A stretch of 64,000 nucleotides of DNA from Gammaproteobacteria bacterium (GTDB taxonomy: Bacteria > Pseudomonadota > Gammaproteobacteria > Eutrophobiales > Eutrophobiaceae), in contig CBDEUK010000002.1 in NCBI GenBank assembly GCA_965243205.1, positions 1 to 64,000 of the forward strand, in the 5' to 3' direction. This document shows, piece after piece, positions 30,944 to 40,653 of this stretch. Positions within the stretch are counted from its first letter, which is position 1. Every line of letters starts with the position of its first letter. Both the position numbers and the translations under genes were made by a program. The notes under the pieces were generated by a model. The model saw only the letters and a list, made by a program, of their open reading frames with translations. It was not told the DNA's origin and made no database searches.

Positions 30944-31936
30944 TTATTCATCGCATGGAAAAAACTTATCTTCCGGCACATATTTTAAAATCGTTTCTTT
31001 GCAAAATGATAATAACGATTCTTTAACTCCAGCAGGATAAGATACCATGCCATTTGAGTCTTCAAATGGTGAAGCGAATAGTTTTTCTTCTGGATAAAGT
31101 TTTGATAACGTTTTATAGAAAGCAGACGGTAATCTAAATGTACCTAAGCTGACGGAATGTAATTTTTCCATATCCACACGTTCAAATACTTCTTCAAAAA
31201 AATCACCATAGAGTTTTTCAAAGTCTTTACAGTAAATGAGTGGGTCAAACCGTAAACCAGTTTTCCAACCACGTTTTTGCAAAGCTTCAATGGCTTGCAA
31301 ACGTTTTTCAGGGGATGCGGTTTTATGTTCTAACTTTGCAGCAATGCGTTTCGGCGATAAGCTATAAGCAGTGACAATGTTTGGTATAACATCTGTTTTA
31401 AGTAATGGACGAATTTGTGTACTTTTAGTACGAATTTCCAATAAGGCATTTGGTGTGGCTTCAAACAAAGGTAGGCTGTTCTCAATAAAATGAGTGACCG
31501 GTTCTAAAGCTAAGCTATCACAATCATAACCTGAGAAAAAATGCGTTTCTTCATCGCCATGTTTTTGAGCGGTTTCAGTAATGGCATCAAAAAAATCATG
31601 ATAGTTTACAAACACAACATAATTTGCTGAACGATACATGCCTTGTAAAAAACAATAACGACAATCATAGATGCAATTCATCATGTGTGAAAAATAATAA
31701 TTATTCTTACTACCTATGCCATAGTTTTCTGGTGTTTCTAAAATAAAGTTCTTATGTTTTTTAGCAAGAATTAAGGCTGGTTGTTTTTTTTGTAGACGAA
31801 AGTTTTGCGCTTTGCGATTAAAAATTTCAGTATACCGTTTGCAGTATATGATGTTCGCATGAGGATAACGAGAAAGTATACTTAACGTAATAGGGTGTTC
31901 ACGTATTGCTTCTTCAACATACAAATCTTCAATCAT
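30944..31936 (-). CDS. Spore photoproduct lyase (SplB)-like radical SAM protein
   Basis: CIYDCRYCFLQG; E.RTKS; SLSP..EH.TAS..RL.A; G.RFDP. Confidence 0.85.
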   Translation of the reverse strand: MIEDLYVEEAIREHPITLSILSRYPHANIIYCKRYTEIFNRKAQNFRLQKKQPALILAKKHKNFILETPENYGIGSKNNYYFSHMMNCIYDCRYCFLQGMYRSANYVVFVNYHDFFDAITETAQKHGDEETHFFSGYDCDSLALEPVTHFIENSLPLFEATPNALLEIRTKSTQIRPLLKTDVIPNIVTAYSLSPKRIAAKLEHKTASPEKRLQAIEALQKRGWKTGLRFDPLIYCKDFEKLYGDFFEEVFERVDMEKLHSVSLGTFRLPSAFYKTLSKLYPEEKLFASPFEDSNGMVSYPAGVKESLLSFCKETILKYVPEDKFFPCDE

Positions 31937-32745
31937 AAAACTACATCCATATTGTCTAACATATTAGTTATTTCTGATAATAAAGATCGCGCATCTTTTG
32001 AATGAATAAAAATTGGTAGTGGTTTTTCTTTTGGTTTTAATAAATCCCAACGACGTAGTTGTTTTTCTAATTGAAACTGTTGTGATTTTGTGAAATGCCA
32101 TTGTTTGACCATAGATTCATAATGTTTAGGTTTTAGGTTTGTTTTAGCAATTTCTTTTGCTAGAGACGCAATTCGATTGGTATAACCTTGAATAATTGGC
32201 ATTTTATTTTGAATCAACTCGGTGACTTCACTTTTATCTATTTTACTAAATGGTTTAGTGCGATTATCTGAAACAATTTTAATAACATGTATCAATTCAA
32301 AATTCGAAAAACGAATGGCTGAAGAATAAAAACCACTGGCTTCCATATCAATTAATGAACCATTGTATTCTTCAGAGGGTTGATCCACAGTAATACATTC
32401 TGCTTTGTTATGACTGACATCAAAACAAAACTGTGGATACCAACGTTGTTCGCTGGCCTTATCAAACACCCTGCTGGCGAAGTAGAGTTCGCCGAGTTCT
32501 GCATGGCCATGACCAGCGATACCGATATTGATCCAGGCTTCTCCAGGCTTACAGTCAAACAGAGAATAAGTGTAAGTAACCGCTGATGCTGAGGCTAATT
32601 TTCCTAAACCACTCAACGTTAACGTGATAGATTTTTCATAATTGGTATAGACATCAAATGCATGTTCGCCATTCAACTTATCCAAATCAAAACCTTCTAT
32701 AAGAGGTATTGCTTCAGCGAGGAATGCACAAACAAAATGCAGCAT
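31933..32745 (-). CDS. Nucleoside phosphorylase/MTAN-fold protein
   Basis: A..AEA.PLI, SGLGK, INIGIAG, DMEASGF, KIVSD. Confidence 0.8.
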   Translation of the reverse strand: MLHFVCAFLAEAIPLIEGFDLDKLNGEHAFDVYTNYEKSITLTLSGLGKLASASAVTYTYSLFDCKPGEAWINIGIAGHGHAELGELYFASRVFDKASEQRWYPQFCFDVSHNKAECITVDQPSEEYNGSLIDMEASGFYSSAIRFSNFELIHVIKIVSDNRTKPFSKIDKSEVTELIQNKMPIIQGYTNRIASLAKEIAKTNLKPKHYESMVKQWHFTKSQQFQLEKQLRRWDLLKPKEKPLPIFIHSKDARSLLSEITNMLDNMDVVL

Positions 32746-32779
32746 GTGTGTAATATCCAATTGTTATTATTGAGTGTGT

Positions 32780-33598
32780 TTATAAATACTGTGCGTATCG
32801 TTTTTTATAATCGTTATACAGTTCTATATTATCTCGTTTCTTGGCGCCAGTCAGAAGAATACCTAGCTTTTCTTTCATCATGGCTTCGGTGAGTGACCGT
32901 TGTTGGGCATTGAGTGTATCTGAATTTAAACGTTTTTCTAAGGCTACAATGCGAAATCTATCCATTCCCCAATGTTTTTGAGAAAGTTGATCATCATGAC
33001 CACCATATTTGATGATTAATGGTTCATCAATAAACAAAACGGAATGATCTGAACATATTCGTAACCAGAGATCGTAATCTTCACAAGCGGGTAAATTTTC
33101 ATCAAATAGCCCAATTTCATTAAATAGACTGCGATGTATCATCACAGCAGAAGGTGAGATACAACAAAGTGGAAGGCAATATTCATAAATATTTCCACCG
33201 TATTTTTGATGTTTATGTTTAGGGTTTACACGTCTGCCGTTTCTTACCCAGATTTCATCGCTATGAATTAATCTGAAGCCAGGGTTTTGTTGAATAGTTT
33301 CTAGTTGAGTTTCAAGTTTATTGGGCAACCATTCATCATCAGAATCCAAGAATGCCAGCCACTCTGATACTGATTCTTGAATTCCAGTATTTCTCGCAGA
33401 GCTGACGCCTGAGTTTTCTTGATGTATGTATTTGATATTATTGTAGTTATTTTGAATTAGCTCACTTGTTCTATCAGTGGATCCATCGTCAATGACTATA
33501 ATTTCATCGGCTTGATGCGTTTGTTTGAGTACCGAATCCAGGCATCGTTGGATGGTTGCTGAACGGTTAAAGGTGGGAATGATTACGCTAATAGTCAA
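32780..33598 (-). CDS. Glycosyltransferase family 2
   Basis: SVIIPTFNR, IDDGSTD, NSGVSSARNTG, FLDSDD, EDYDLWLR. Confidence 0.93.
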   Translation of the reverse strand: MTISVIIPTFNRSATIQRCLDSVLKQTHQADEIIVIDDGSTDRTSELIQNNYNNIKYIHQENSGVSSARNTGIQESVSEWLAFLDSDDEWLPNKLETQLETIQQNPGFRLIHSDEIWVRNGRRVNPKHKHQKYGGNIYEYCLPLCCISPSAVMIHRSLFNEIGLFDENLPACEDYDLWLRICSDHSVLFIDEPLIIKYGGHDDQLSQKHWGMDRFRIVALEKRLNSDTLNAQQRSLTEAMMKEKLGILLTGAKKRDNIELYNDYKKRYAQYL

Positions 33599-33614
33599 TT
33601 TGAGAACCAGATAC

Positions 33615-33642
33615 TAAAGTTTTGTAAATAAATGGCCGAAAA
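33615..33642 (+). promoter_or_regulatory. Sigma28-like promoter upstream of the cheY-like gene
   Basis: TAAAGTTT..GCCGAAAA; spacer one base longer than consensus. Confidence 0.45.
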
Positions 33643-33679
33643 ATAATTGTTGATAATAACTTTCGTTAGGGAGAGCAAC

Positions 33680-34054
33680 ATGGCGTATATTTTAGCCGTA
33701 GATGATTCGAAAACAATTAGAGATCTAGTATCTGCAATATTAATAGATGCTGGTCATCAAGTGGACGTAGCTGAAGATGGTGTTGAAGCTATGAAATTAG
33801 CACGTCAAAATCAATACCATTTGGTTCTATCGGATGTCAATATGCCGAATATGAATGGGAACAGCTTATTAAATAAATTGCGTAATATGGAGAATTATCA
33901 ATCGATTCCTATTTTAATGGTAACCACTGAAGGCGATGGTTATAAAAAAGATAAAGCTAAAGGGGCTGGAGCTTCAGGCTGGTTACAAAAACCATTTGAT
34001 GGTGAACGTTTAAGCTCTGCAGTTAACAGCTTACTTTCCAAACAAGCGGCCTAA
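33680..34054 (+). CDS. CheY-like single-domain response regulator
   Basis: ILAVDDS, SDVNMPNMNG, VTTE, GASGWLQKPF. Confidence 0.9.
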   Translation: MAYILAVDDSKTIRDLVSAILIDAGHQVDVAEDGVEAMKLARQNQYHLVLSDVNMPNMNGNSLLNKLRNMENYQSIPILMVTTEGDGYKKDKAKGAGASGWLQKPFDGERLSSAVNSLLSKQAA

Positions 34055-34114
34055 AACTTTCTAATAGAATTCTTGTGTATTGCTATGTGGTTTTAAATCA
34101 CGTAGCGTTACACT

Positions 34115-34876
34115 ATGAATTTTCATCGATTTAAAAATAAAAACGTTGTTGTCACTGGTTCGAGTAGTGGTATAGGTCGAGGTCTAGCGCTTGCTTATGC
34201 GAATGAAGGGGCCAATGTTGTTGTTAACTATTGCCATTCCAAAGATAAAGCCGAAGAAGTTGTCAATTCAATAAAATTAAACGGTGGCAATGCGATTGCC
34301 ATACAAGCCGATGTTTCAAATTCAAATCACATACAAAATTTAATTACTGAAATTCAAAAAGTTTTTGGAACAATTGATGTTTGGGTTAACAATGCTGGCG
34401 CTGATATTTTAACTGGTTCAGCAGTCAATTTATCGTTAAGTGAAAAGCTTGAACGTTTAATTGAAGTCGATTTAAAAGGTACAATGAATTGTTCTTGGGC
34501 GATAGCACCTATCATGCAAGAACAAGGTTATGGCGTTATTCTTAACAACTCTTGGGATTTAGCTATTCATGGTTTTCAGGGTAGTAATCCACAAATTTTT
34601 GCAGCAACGAAAGCGGGTATCTTAGGTTTTAGTCGTTCTTTAGCAAAAAGTGTTGGGCCAAATGTTAGAGTGAATATTATGGCACCTGGTTGGATAGCTA
34701 CAGAATTTATTGAAAATGATATGGCGGACGATTATTACCAAGCACGTATCAAAGAAATCCCACTGGGGCGTTTTGGAAAGCCTGAAGATGTAGCTGGTGT
34801 TGCTTTATATTTGACCTCTGACGATGCAGCTTATATCACAGGTGAAGTAATAAATATCAATGGTGGATTAGTGTAG
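34115..34876 (+). CDS. SDR family oxidoreductase (FabG-like)
   Basis: TGSSSGIG, NNAG, PLGRFG.PED; catalytic YxxxK appears as FAATK. Confidence 0.9.
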   Translation: MNFHRFKNKNVVVTGSSSGIGRGLALAYANEGANVVVNYCHSKDKAEEVVNSIKLNGGNAIAIQADVSNSNHIQNLITEIQKVFGTIDVWVNNAGADILTGSAVNLSLSEKLERLIEVDLKGTMNCSWAIAPIMQEQGYGVILNNSWDLAIHGFQGSNPQIFAATKAGILGFSRSLAKSVGPNVRVNIMAPGWIATEFIENDMADDYYQARIKEIPLGRFGKPEDVAGVALYLTSDDAAYITGEVININGGLV

Positions 34877-34913
34877 TTTTTACTTTTGAAAAGTAATTAA
34901 ATTATATTTTCTT

Positions 34914-35104
34914 GTACTTTTCTTTGATGAGCAAAGAAAAGTACCAAAAGAAAGCTCACCCCGAATGACATGACCTTATGGTTTCCTTCGTCATTCGTTA
35001 TCACAACGGGTCGCTTTTACGCGATGTCCTATCGCGGAAAAGCTAAGTTTTACTTCCTGTAAAACTTTCCCTGTTCTATCTCATTCCTCAGCATATCATA
35101 CGGG
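34914..35104 (+). repeat. Structured intergenic repeat unit A1
   Basis: Terminal hairpin GTACTTTTCTTTG-N5-CAAAGAAAAGTAC, linker CAAAAGAAA, two internal hairpins with xTCCT loops. Confidence 0.8.
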
Positions 35105-35123
35105 TACTAGTCGGTTTTACTTA

Positions 35124-35320
35124 TCTCCTATGAAATGCTGAGGAAGGAAATATTTTTAGGTCATCAAAACAAGGATGTTTTGATGAGTGCGACCGCGATA
35201 GGACATCGCGTGAGCACGGGCCGTATAAAATATTATCTGACGAGGGAAGCGCATTGCGCCATTGAATGGAGTGCCTTTTCTTTTGGTTCGTTTTCTTTGG
35301 GCAAGCAAAGAAAATGAATA
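35124..35320 (-). repeat. Structured intergenic repeat unit A2
   Basis: Reverse complement aligns without gaps to 41967-42163 (about 15 mismatches by eye). Confidence 0.92.
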
Positions 35321-35326
35321 AACAAT

Positions 35327-35842
35327 TTAATAATGTAATAAAGAATGCACGTCGTATTCTTTTAATAAATCTCTGCCATTTAAAAAATCCAATTCAATGA
35401 CAAATGCACAACCGGCTACTTGTGCTCCTAGTTTCTCCACTAATTCGCAACTTGCGGCAGCTGTTCCACCTGTTGCAATAAGATCATCGACTAATAATAC
35501 CTGGTGAGATGATTCAACAGCATCAATATGCATATGTAGTTCAGCTGAACCATATTCTAAATCATAAGAAACGCTTTCAGTTCGATATGGGAGCTTGCCT
35601 GGCTTGCGCAATGGAATGAATCCTACGTCAAGTTCTGCAGCTACTAGTGAACCGAAGATAAAACCACGTGATTCCATGCCTGCGATCACATCAATGTTTT
35701 TTGTTCGATAGGGCTCAGCTAATGCTTTTACAGTATCTTGTAATGCTTGCGCGTTTTTTAACAATGGAGTGATGTCTTTAAATTGGATGCCTGGTTCTGG
35801 AAAATCCGGTATGTTACGAATATGCGCTGCGATGTGTTCCAA
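35327..35842 (-). CDS. apt: Adenine phosphoribosyltransferase
   Basis: PDFP.PGI.FKDITPLL, ESRGF, RKPGKLP, VDDLIATGGT. Confidence 0.97.
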   Translation of the reverse strand: MEHIAAHIRNIPDFPEPGIQFKDITPLLKNAQALQDTVKALAEPYRTKNIDVIAGMESRGFIFGSLVAAELDVGFIPLRKPGKLPYRTESVSYDLEYGSAELHMHIDAVESSHQVLLVDDLIATGGTAAASCELVEKLGAQVAGCAFVIELDFLNGRDLLKEYDVHSLLHY

Positions 35843-35935
35843 CTATTTTCTCCAAATATTGTTCTTGAGTGAATGATAATGAACTCATAAGGTATAGTGC
35901 AAACTAATTTCAACAATTAATAATTAAGAGTAATT

Positions 35936-36604
35936 ATGATCGCGTTTGAACAAATTTTAAATCGGACTGCATCACGTTGTGATGGCTTAGCGGAAGTTGA
36001 AAAAGAATTACCAAAACCAAAATCACTAAAACAACTACAAAAACTCTCCGATGCAGAATGTTTATCATTAATGTCGTTAAGAATATTCAGAGCGGGTCTA
36101 AAACACAGCGTAGTTGATGCTAAATGGCCAGCTTTTGAAGAGGTGTTCTCGGGATTTAACCCTGAAAAATTACGTTTATTAAGTGATGATGATATTGATG
36201 GCTTTATGCAGGATACGCGTATCATTCGTCATTTTGGTAAGGTGAAATCCGTTAGAAGCAATGCGCAAGCGATAATAGATATACAAAATGATTATAAGTC
36301 GATGGGTGATTACCTAGCTCAATGGCCAATCAATGACATAGTTGGTTTGTGGGCAGATTTAAAAAAACGTTTTTCACAGTTAGGCGGAATGTCAGGGCCT
36401 TATTTTTTACGCATGGTCGGTAAAGATACGTTTATATTTACCAATGATGTCGTTAAAGCCTTAAATCAATTTGAAGTGATAGATGGCGAGCCGAAAACAA
36501 AGAAGGTGATTGCGACTGTACAAGATGCCTTTAATCAATGGCATGATGAATCTGAATATCCATTATGTGCTATGAGTAAAGTATTAGCGTTATCGGTTGA
36601 TTAA
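35936..36604 (+). CDS. DNA-3-methyladenine glycosylase I family protein
   Basis: IFRAGLKHSVVDAKWPAFEEVF, IIRH.GKV.SV..NA. Confidence 0.8.
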   Translation: MIAFEQILNRTASRCDGLAEVEKELPKPKSLKQLQKLSDAECLSLMSLRIFRAGLKHSVVDAKWPAFEEVFSGFNPEKLRLLSDDDIDGFMQDTRIIRHFGKVKSVRSNAQAIIDIQNDYKSMGDYLAQWPINDIVGLWADLKKRFSQLGGMSGPYFLRMVGKDTFIFTNDVVKALNQFEVIDGEPKTKKVIATVQDAFNQWHDESEYPLCAMSKVLALSVD

Positions 36605-36606
36605 GT

Positions 36607-38790
36607 TTAGTTGATTGAGTTACTACCCGCGGTATCTGCTGCTGCTGTTAGTTTGCTTAAGGTCGTGTAATCAATTTTACCAGTGCCTAGTACAGGTAAC
36701 TCTTTAGCGTATAAAATATTTTTGGGGATAACTAACTCTCCATATCCATGTTCTTGGACAAAGTTTTGGTAGGTTTTTCGATCAACATCGTGATTGACTG
36801 ATACTAAAATTATTTTTTCACCTTTACGGTCATCTGCTAGATTAACCGCAGCAAGAGCAGAATCTGGCCAGATTTGTGTGGCGATTTCTTCAACTAATGT
36901 TAATGACACCATTTCTCCACCAATTTTAGCAAAGCGCTTTGCTCGACCGAGTATAGTGACGTAACCGTCTTTAATTTCAGCAATATCTCCAGTGTCATAC
37001 CATCCTGCACCCAAAGAGCATTCAGGAAACTGAATCACACCAGGTTTATCATGTAATAAATAACCTAACATGACATTAGGCCCTTTCACACATAAACGAC
37101 CGCCTCGTTCTATGCCTTCAACGGGTAATATTTGAGATTGCATTTCGGGTACCAATTTCCCAACACTCCCAGGTTGATTAAACATAGGGTTATTTACGGA
37201 TATGACAGGGCTGGTTTCCGTAACACCATAACCTTGATAAATACGTTTTCCATATTTTTCCATGTATAAGTGTGATGTATCTTCACGTAATTTTTCAGCC
37301 CCAGCGACAATGTATCTTGCAGAATTAAAATCATAAGGATGGGCATAGCGCGCATAACCTTGATAAAACGTATTGGTACCAAATAAAATCGTTGCGCCTA
37401 ATTCATAAAATAATTCTGGGATAATTCGATAATGTAGTGGTGTTGGATAAATAAACGTTTTCACGCCAGCCAATACAGGCGCTAAAAAGCCAGCTGTAAT
37501 TGCAAAGGTATGAAACATTGGTAAGCATGTAAAAACAAGATCTGAAGCATTAAAATCTATATTGTGATAAATCTGTGCGGTATTCGATAAGATATTTTTA
37601 TGAGATAAAACGACACCTTTAGGAGTTCCTTCAGAACCTGAAGTAAATAATATTACCGCAGGTTGATTTGTATCCAGGTTTGATATTTTATTTTTATAAC
37701 TGCGAATTATGAATAAACTTTGTAGCAATCCGTTTAATTTATCTTTTAAAGTAATTTGATCTCTTAAATCTTCAAGATAAATAATTTTATAATCTTGTTC
37801 CAGTTCTTGGATAACCGATTCTAATCCCGCTTTTTCAATAAAGGCTTTGGCTGTACAAATGGTTTTAATTTGTCCAGTTTCTAAGGCTTTCACAATATTT
37901 TGTAAACCTGCCGTGTAATTTAACATAGCAGGGGTACGACCTAAAAAATGTAGTGATAAAAATGTGACTGGTAGGGCAATGGTATTAGGTAATAAAACGC
38001 CTATAGATGATTCTTCATTGAAGTTAGCTTCTAATTTATTGCCAAGTACGACTGCTTTGAGCAATGCTTGTTGGTAGGTGATCGTAGCGCGAGTAATATC
38101 TTCAAAGATAATTCGTTTACTACCATATTGTTTTTTTGCATTAATAAAAGCTTGGAATAGTGTAATTTCATTGTTAACGGTATTGAATGAAACTTTATCC
38201 ATAATAGCTTGCATTTGGTTTGCAGCTTCTTTTCTACGATCGTGACCACTGAGGTTTGGATCAATACTAATTTTTTCAGGTGGCAAAACGGTAATAGTAA
38301 TTTTAGGAAAGAAACGAACATGTCCACGGTCTTTGACATATGAGAAAGGCGTATGTTGAGTACCATCAAGTGCTATTGGCAGGATGTCGGCATTTGTCTT
38401 ATCAGCAACTAAGCCAGGTCCTTCATAAACTTTCATAATTCTTCCTGTCGTCGTTAAACGTCCTTCAGGAAAAATAACAGCCTTATTATCTTCTTGAATA
38501 AATTTGATCATCGATTTTATCGATAATGGATTGTTCGCATCCATTCGAAATAGATCGACAAACTTTAGAAATAAAGTGAATTTAGGATCTTTAGAAATGT
38601 TGGTGTTGATCGCAAAGGTTGGTGTTTCGGGCAGCCATAAGTAGAGTAATAGACCATCTAAAAGAGAGGTATGATTGGCAACGATCAGTACACGATCACC
38701 AGCTTTTTGATAATGTTCCATACCGCTGACTTCGACTTTGTATAAAAGCCGAAATAAACAACGTAATAGGTATTTAGCAACATTAATCAT
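36607..38790 (-). CDS. aas: 2-acyl-GPE acyltransferase/acyl-ACP synthetase
   Basis: NHTSLLD, IFPEGR acyltransferase domain + FTSGSEGTPKGV, GYGVTE, YDTGD adenylation domain. Confidence 0.9.
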   Translation of the reverse strand: MINVAKYLLRCLFRLLYKVEVSGMEHYQKAGDRVLIVANHTSLLDGLLLYLWLPETPTFAINTNISKDPKFTLFLKFVDLFRMDANNPLSIKSMIKFIQEDNKAVIFPEGRLTTTGRIMKVYEGPGLVADKTNADILPIALDGTQHTPFSYVKDRGHVRFFPKITITVLPPEKISIDPNLSGHDRRKEAANQMQAIMDKVSFNTVNNEITLFQAFINAKKQYGSKRIIFEDITRATITYQQALLKAVVLGNKLEANFNEESSIGVLLPNTIALPVTFLSLHFLGRTPAMLNYTAGLQNIVKALETGQIKTICTAKAFIEKAGLESVIQELEQDYKIIYLEDLRDQITLKDKLNGLLQSLFIIRSYKNKISNLDTNQPAVILFTSGSEGTPKGVVLSHKNILSNTAQIYHNIDFNASDLVFTCLPMFHTFAITAGFLAPVLAGVKTFIYPTPLHYRIIPELFYELGATILFGTNTFYQGYARYAHPYDFNSARYIVAGAEKLREDTSHLYMEKYGKRIYQGYGVTETSPVISVNNPMFNQPGSVGKLVPEMQSQILPVEGIERGGRLCVKGPNVMLGYLLHDKPGVIQFPECSLGAGWYDTGDIAEIKDGYVTILGRAKRFAKIGGEMVSLTLVEEIATQIWPDSALAAVNLADDRKGEKIILVSVNHDVDRKTYQNFVQEHGYGELVIPKNILYAKELPVLGTGKIDYTTLSKLTAAADTAGSNSIN

Positions 38791-38881
38791 GGTTTGTTAT
38801 TCCAATATTATTATTATCCAGCAAACATCTTTGCTATTTGAAAAGGAAAAACGTCATTACTAATGACACTATAGTGTTTTT

Positions 38882-40576
38882 TTAAGCGCCTGTTGGTTTT
38901 TTATCTGTATAAACATTAATGTTCTGACCGGGTTGTAGATAACGGCCATTTGCTAGATTATTCCAACGCTTTAATTCTTTAACACTTACTCCGAATTGTT
39001 TGGAGATTAACCATAATGAATCTCCGTCTTGCACTTCATAATCAACTTTGTATAAGCCGTTTGAAGATTTTTTCGAGGCGATTTTAATGTTATTGGGCGA
39101 AGATTGATCTGGTTTGATTTTTATGAGTAATTTTTGACCTAGGCGTAAGGTAGAACGACGATTGATTCCATTCCATCGGCATAGTTGAGCAACACTCACA
39201 CCATAATGACGACTGATGTCCCAAAGATTATCTCCACGCTTAATGCGGTAAATATAATCATTGCCATCGTTACTGCGTTTTAAACCTTTATATCTTCGAG
39301 AGTCTTGGCTGAGTGTATACGACTCTGGAGATCGTTTGGAAGTTGGAATTAATAGAAATTTTCCTGCACGAATTCGACTATTTTTTAAACGATTAGTCGT
39401 TTTGAGGGCATGTACATTCGTTCGATAAATCTGCGCAATTTGACTCAGAGTTTCGCCAGATTTAATTTTATGTTTACGCCAAGTTAAACGCTCGCTTTCT
39501 GGTAATGATGCTAATTTTTGGGTAAAAGAATCAGCGATATTGACGGGTATTAATAATCGATGTGGCCCATTAGGAGCCGTTGCCCAACGATTAAAACCTG
39601 GATTGAGTTGATAAATACTATCCATATCCATTTTCGTCATATCAGAAACAATTGCTAAATCAATTTGGTTTTTGATATCGACAATCTGAAAATATTTCTG
39701 ATTGCTTATAGGTTTAAATTGCACATTATGTTTTTGTTCATGAACTAAAATTTCTGCTAGTGCAATTAAACTAGGTACGTAATGCCGTGTTTCACGGTGT
39801 AATTTTAAATTCCAATAATCAGTGGGTTTTCCTTTTTTAGAATTATTTCTAATCGCTTTTTGAATATTTCCAGGACCTGCATTATAAGCAGCTAGGGTTA
39901 AAGGCCAGTCACCATTAAACTGCTGGTTTAACTGTTTAAGATATTTAATTGCAGCGTTCGTACTTGCCACAATATCCCGACGACCGTCGTACCACCAATT
40001 TTGTTTTAAACCAAACTGTTTACCAGTGGCAGGCATGAATTGCCAAAGTCCCGATGCTCGGCTAGGAGAATAGGCAAACGGTTGATAGGCACTTTCTACA
40101 ATCGGTAATAGTGCTAAATCAATCGGTAGGTCGTTTTGTTTGAGTTCATGAATAATGTAATGCAAATAGGGCGTTGCTCTATCTGCAACACGATCTAAAT
40201 ATTCTTGATTCTTTTTGTACCAACGAATTTTCTCTTGAACCGCAGGGTGGTTAATTGGTCGTTCAAATTCAAGTTCGCTTGCTATCACTTCCCATAAATT
40301 TGTTGCTTGAATCGTTTCTTCTGTTTCTTGTAATTTGAAATCTAATGCACGTTTTTTCTTTTCAATACGCGCTAACGATTCAGAATTAATGGATTTACTC
40401 AATTTACCTGATGGATGAACGACATAGACTGGTTTTTTCTCAGGTATAGATTGTTTTGAGGTAGATTTTGTAGGGGAAAAATTACAAGCACCTAAAGACA
40501 GAGATGCTATTATTATAATTATTAATTTACGAGTATTTAATATCAGCATGGAAGGCAATGCTATGGCTTGCAGCAT
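38882..40576 (-). CDS. mltD: Membrane-bound lytic murein transglycosylase D (LysM repeats); native start probably 40549
   Basis: Lipobox LGAC, LPIVESAY, GLWQFMP, AAYNAG, three LysM domains. Confidence 0.93.
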   Translation of the reverse strand: MLQAIALPSMLILNTRKLIIIIIASLSLGACNFSPTKSTSKQSIPEKKPVYVVHPSGKLSKSINSESLARIEKKKRALDFKLQETEETIQATNLWEVIASELEFERPINHPAVQEKIRWYKKNQEYLDRVADRATPYLHYIIHELKQNDLPIDLALLPIVESAYQPFAYSPSRASGLWQFMPATGKQFGLKQNWWYDGRRDIVASTNAAIKYLKQLNQQFNGDWPLTLAAYNAGPGNIQKAIRNNSKKGKPTDYWNLKLHRETRHYVPSLIALAEILVHEQKHNVQFKPISNQKYFQIVDIKNQIDLAIVSDMTKMDMDSIYQLNPGFNRWATAPNGPHRLLIPVNIADSFTQKLASLPESERLTWRKHKIKSGETLSQIAQIYRTNVHALKTTNRLKNSRIRAGKFLLIPTSKRSPESYTLSQDSRRYKGLKRSNDGNDYIYRIKRGDNLWDISRHYGVSVAQLCRWNGINRRSTLRLGQKLLIKIKPDQSSPNNIKIASKKSSNGLYKVDYEVQDGDSLWLISKQFGVSVKELKRWNNLANGRYLQPGQNINVYTDKKPTGA

Positions 40577-40653
40577 CTGAGATCAAGTGAAATACGGTTA
40601 ATAATCTTCAAAAATTGATTATTATAGTAATTCAATAACTTACATTACTTATT

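Noticed and set aside
35135-35317. 60-aa ORF, and the 78-aa ORF at 41966-42202
   Set aside because: Lie within the structured repeat on opposite strands of the same unit; no shared protein
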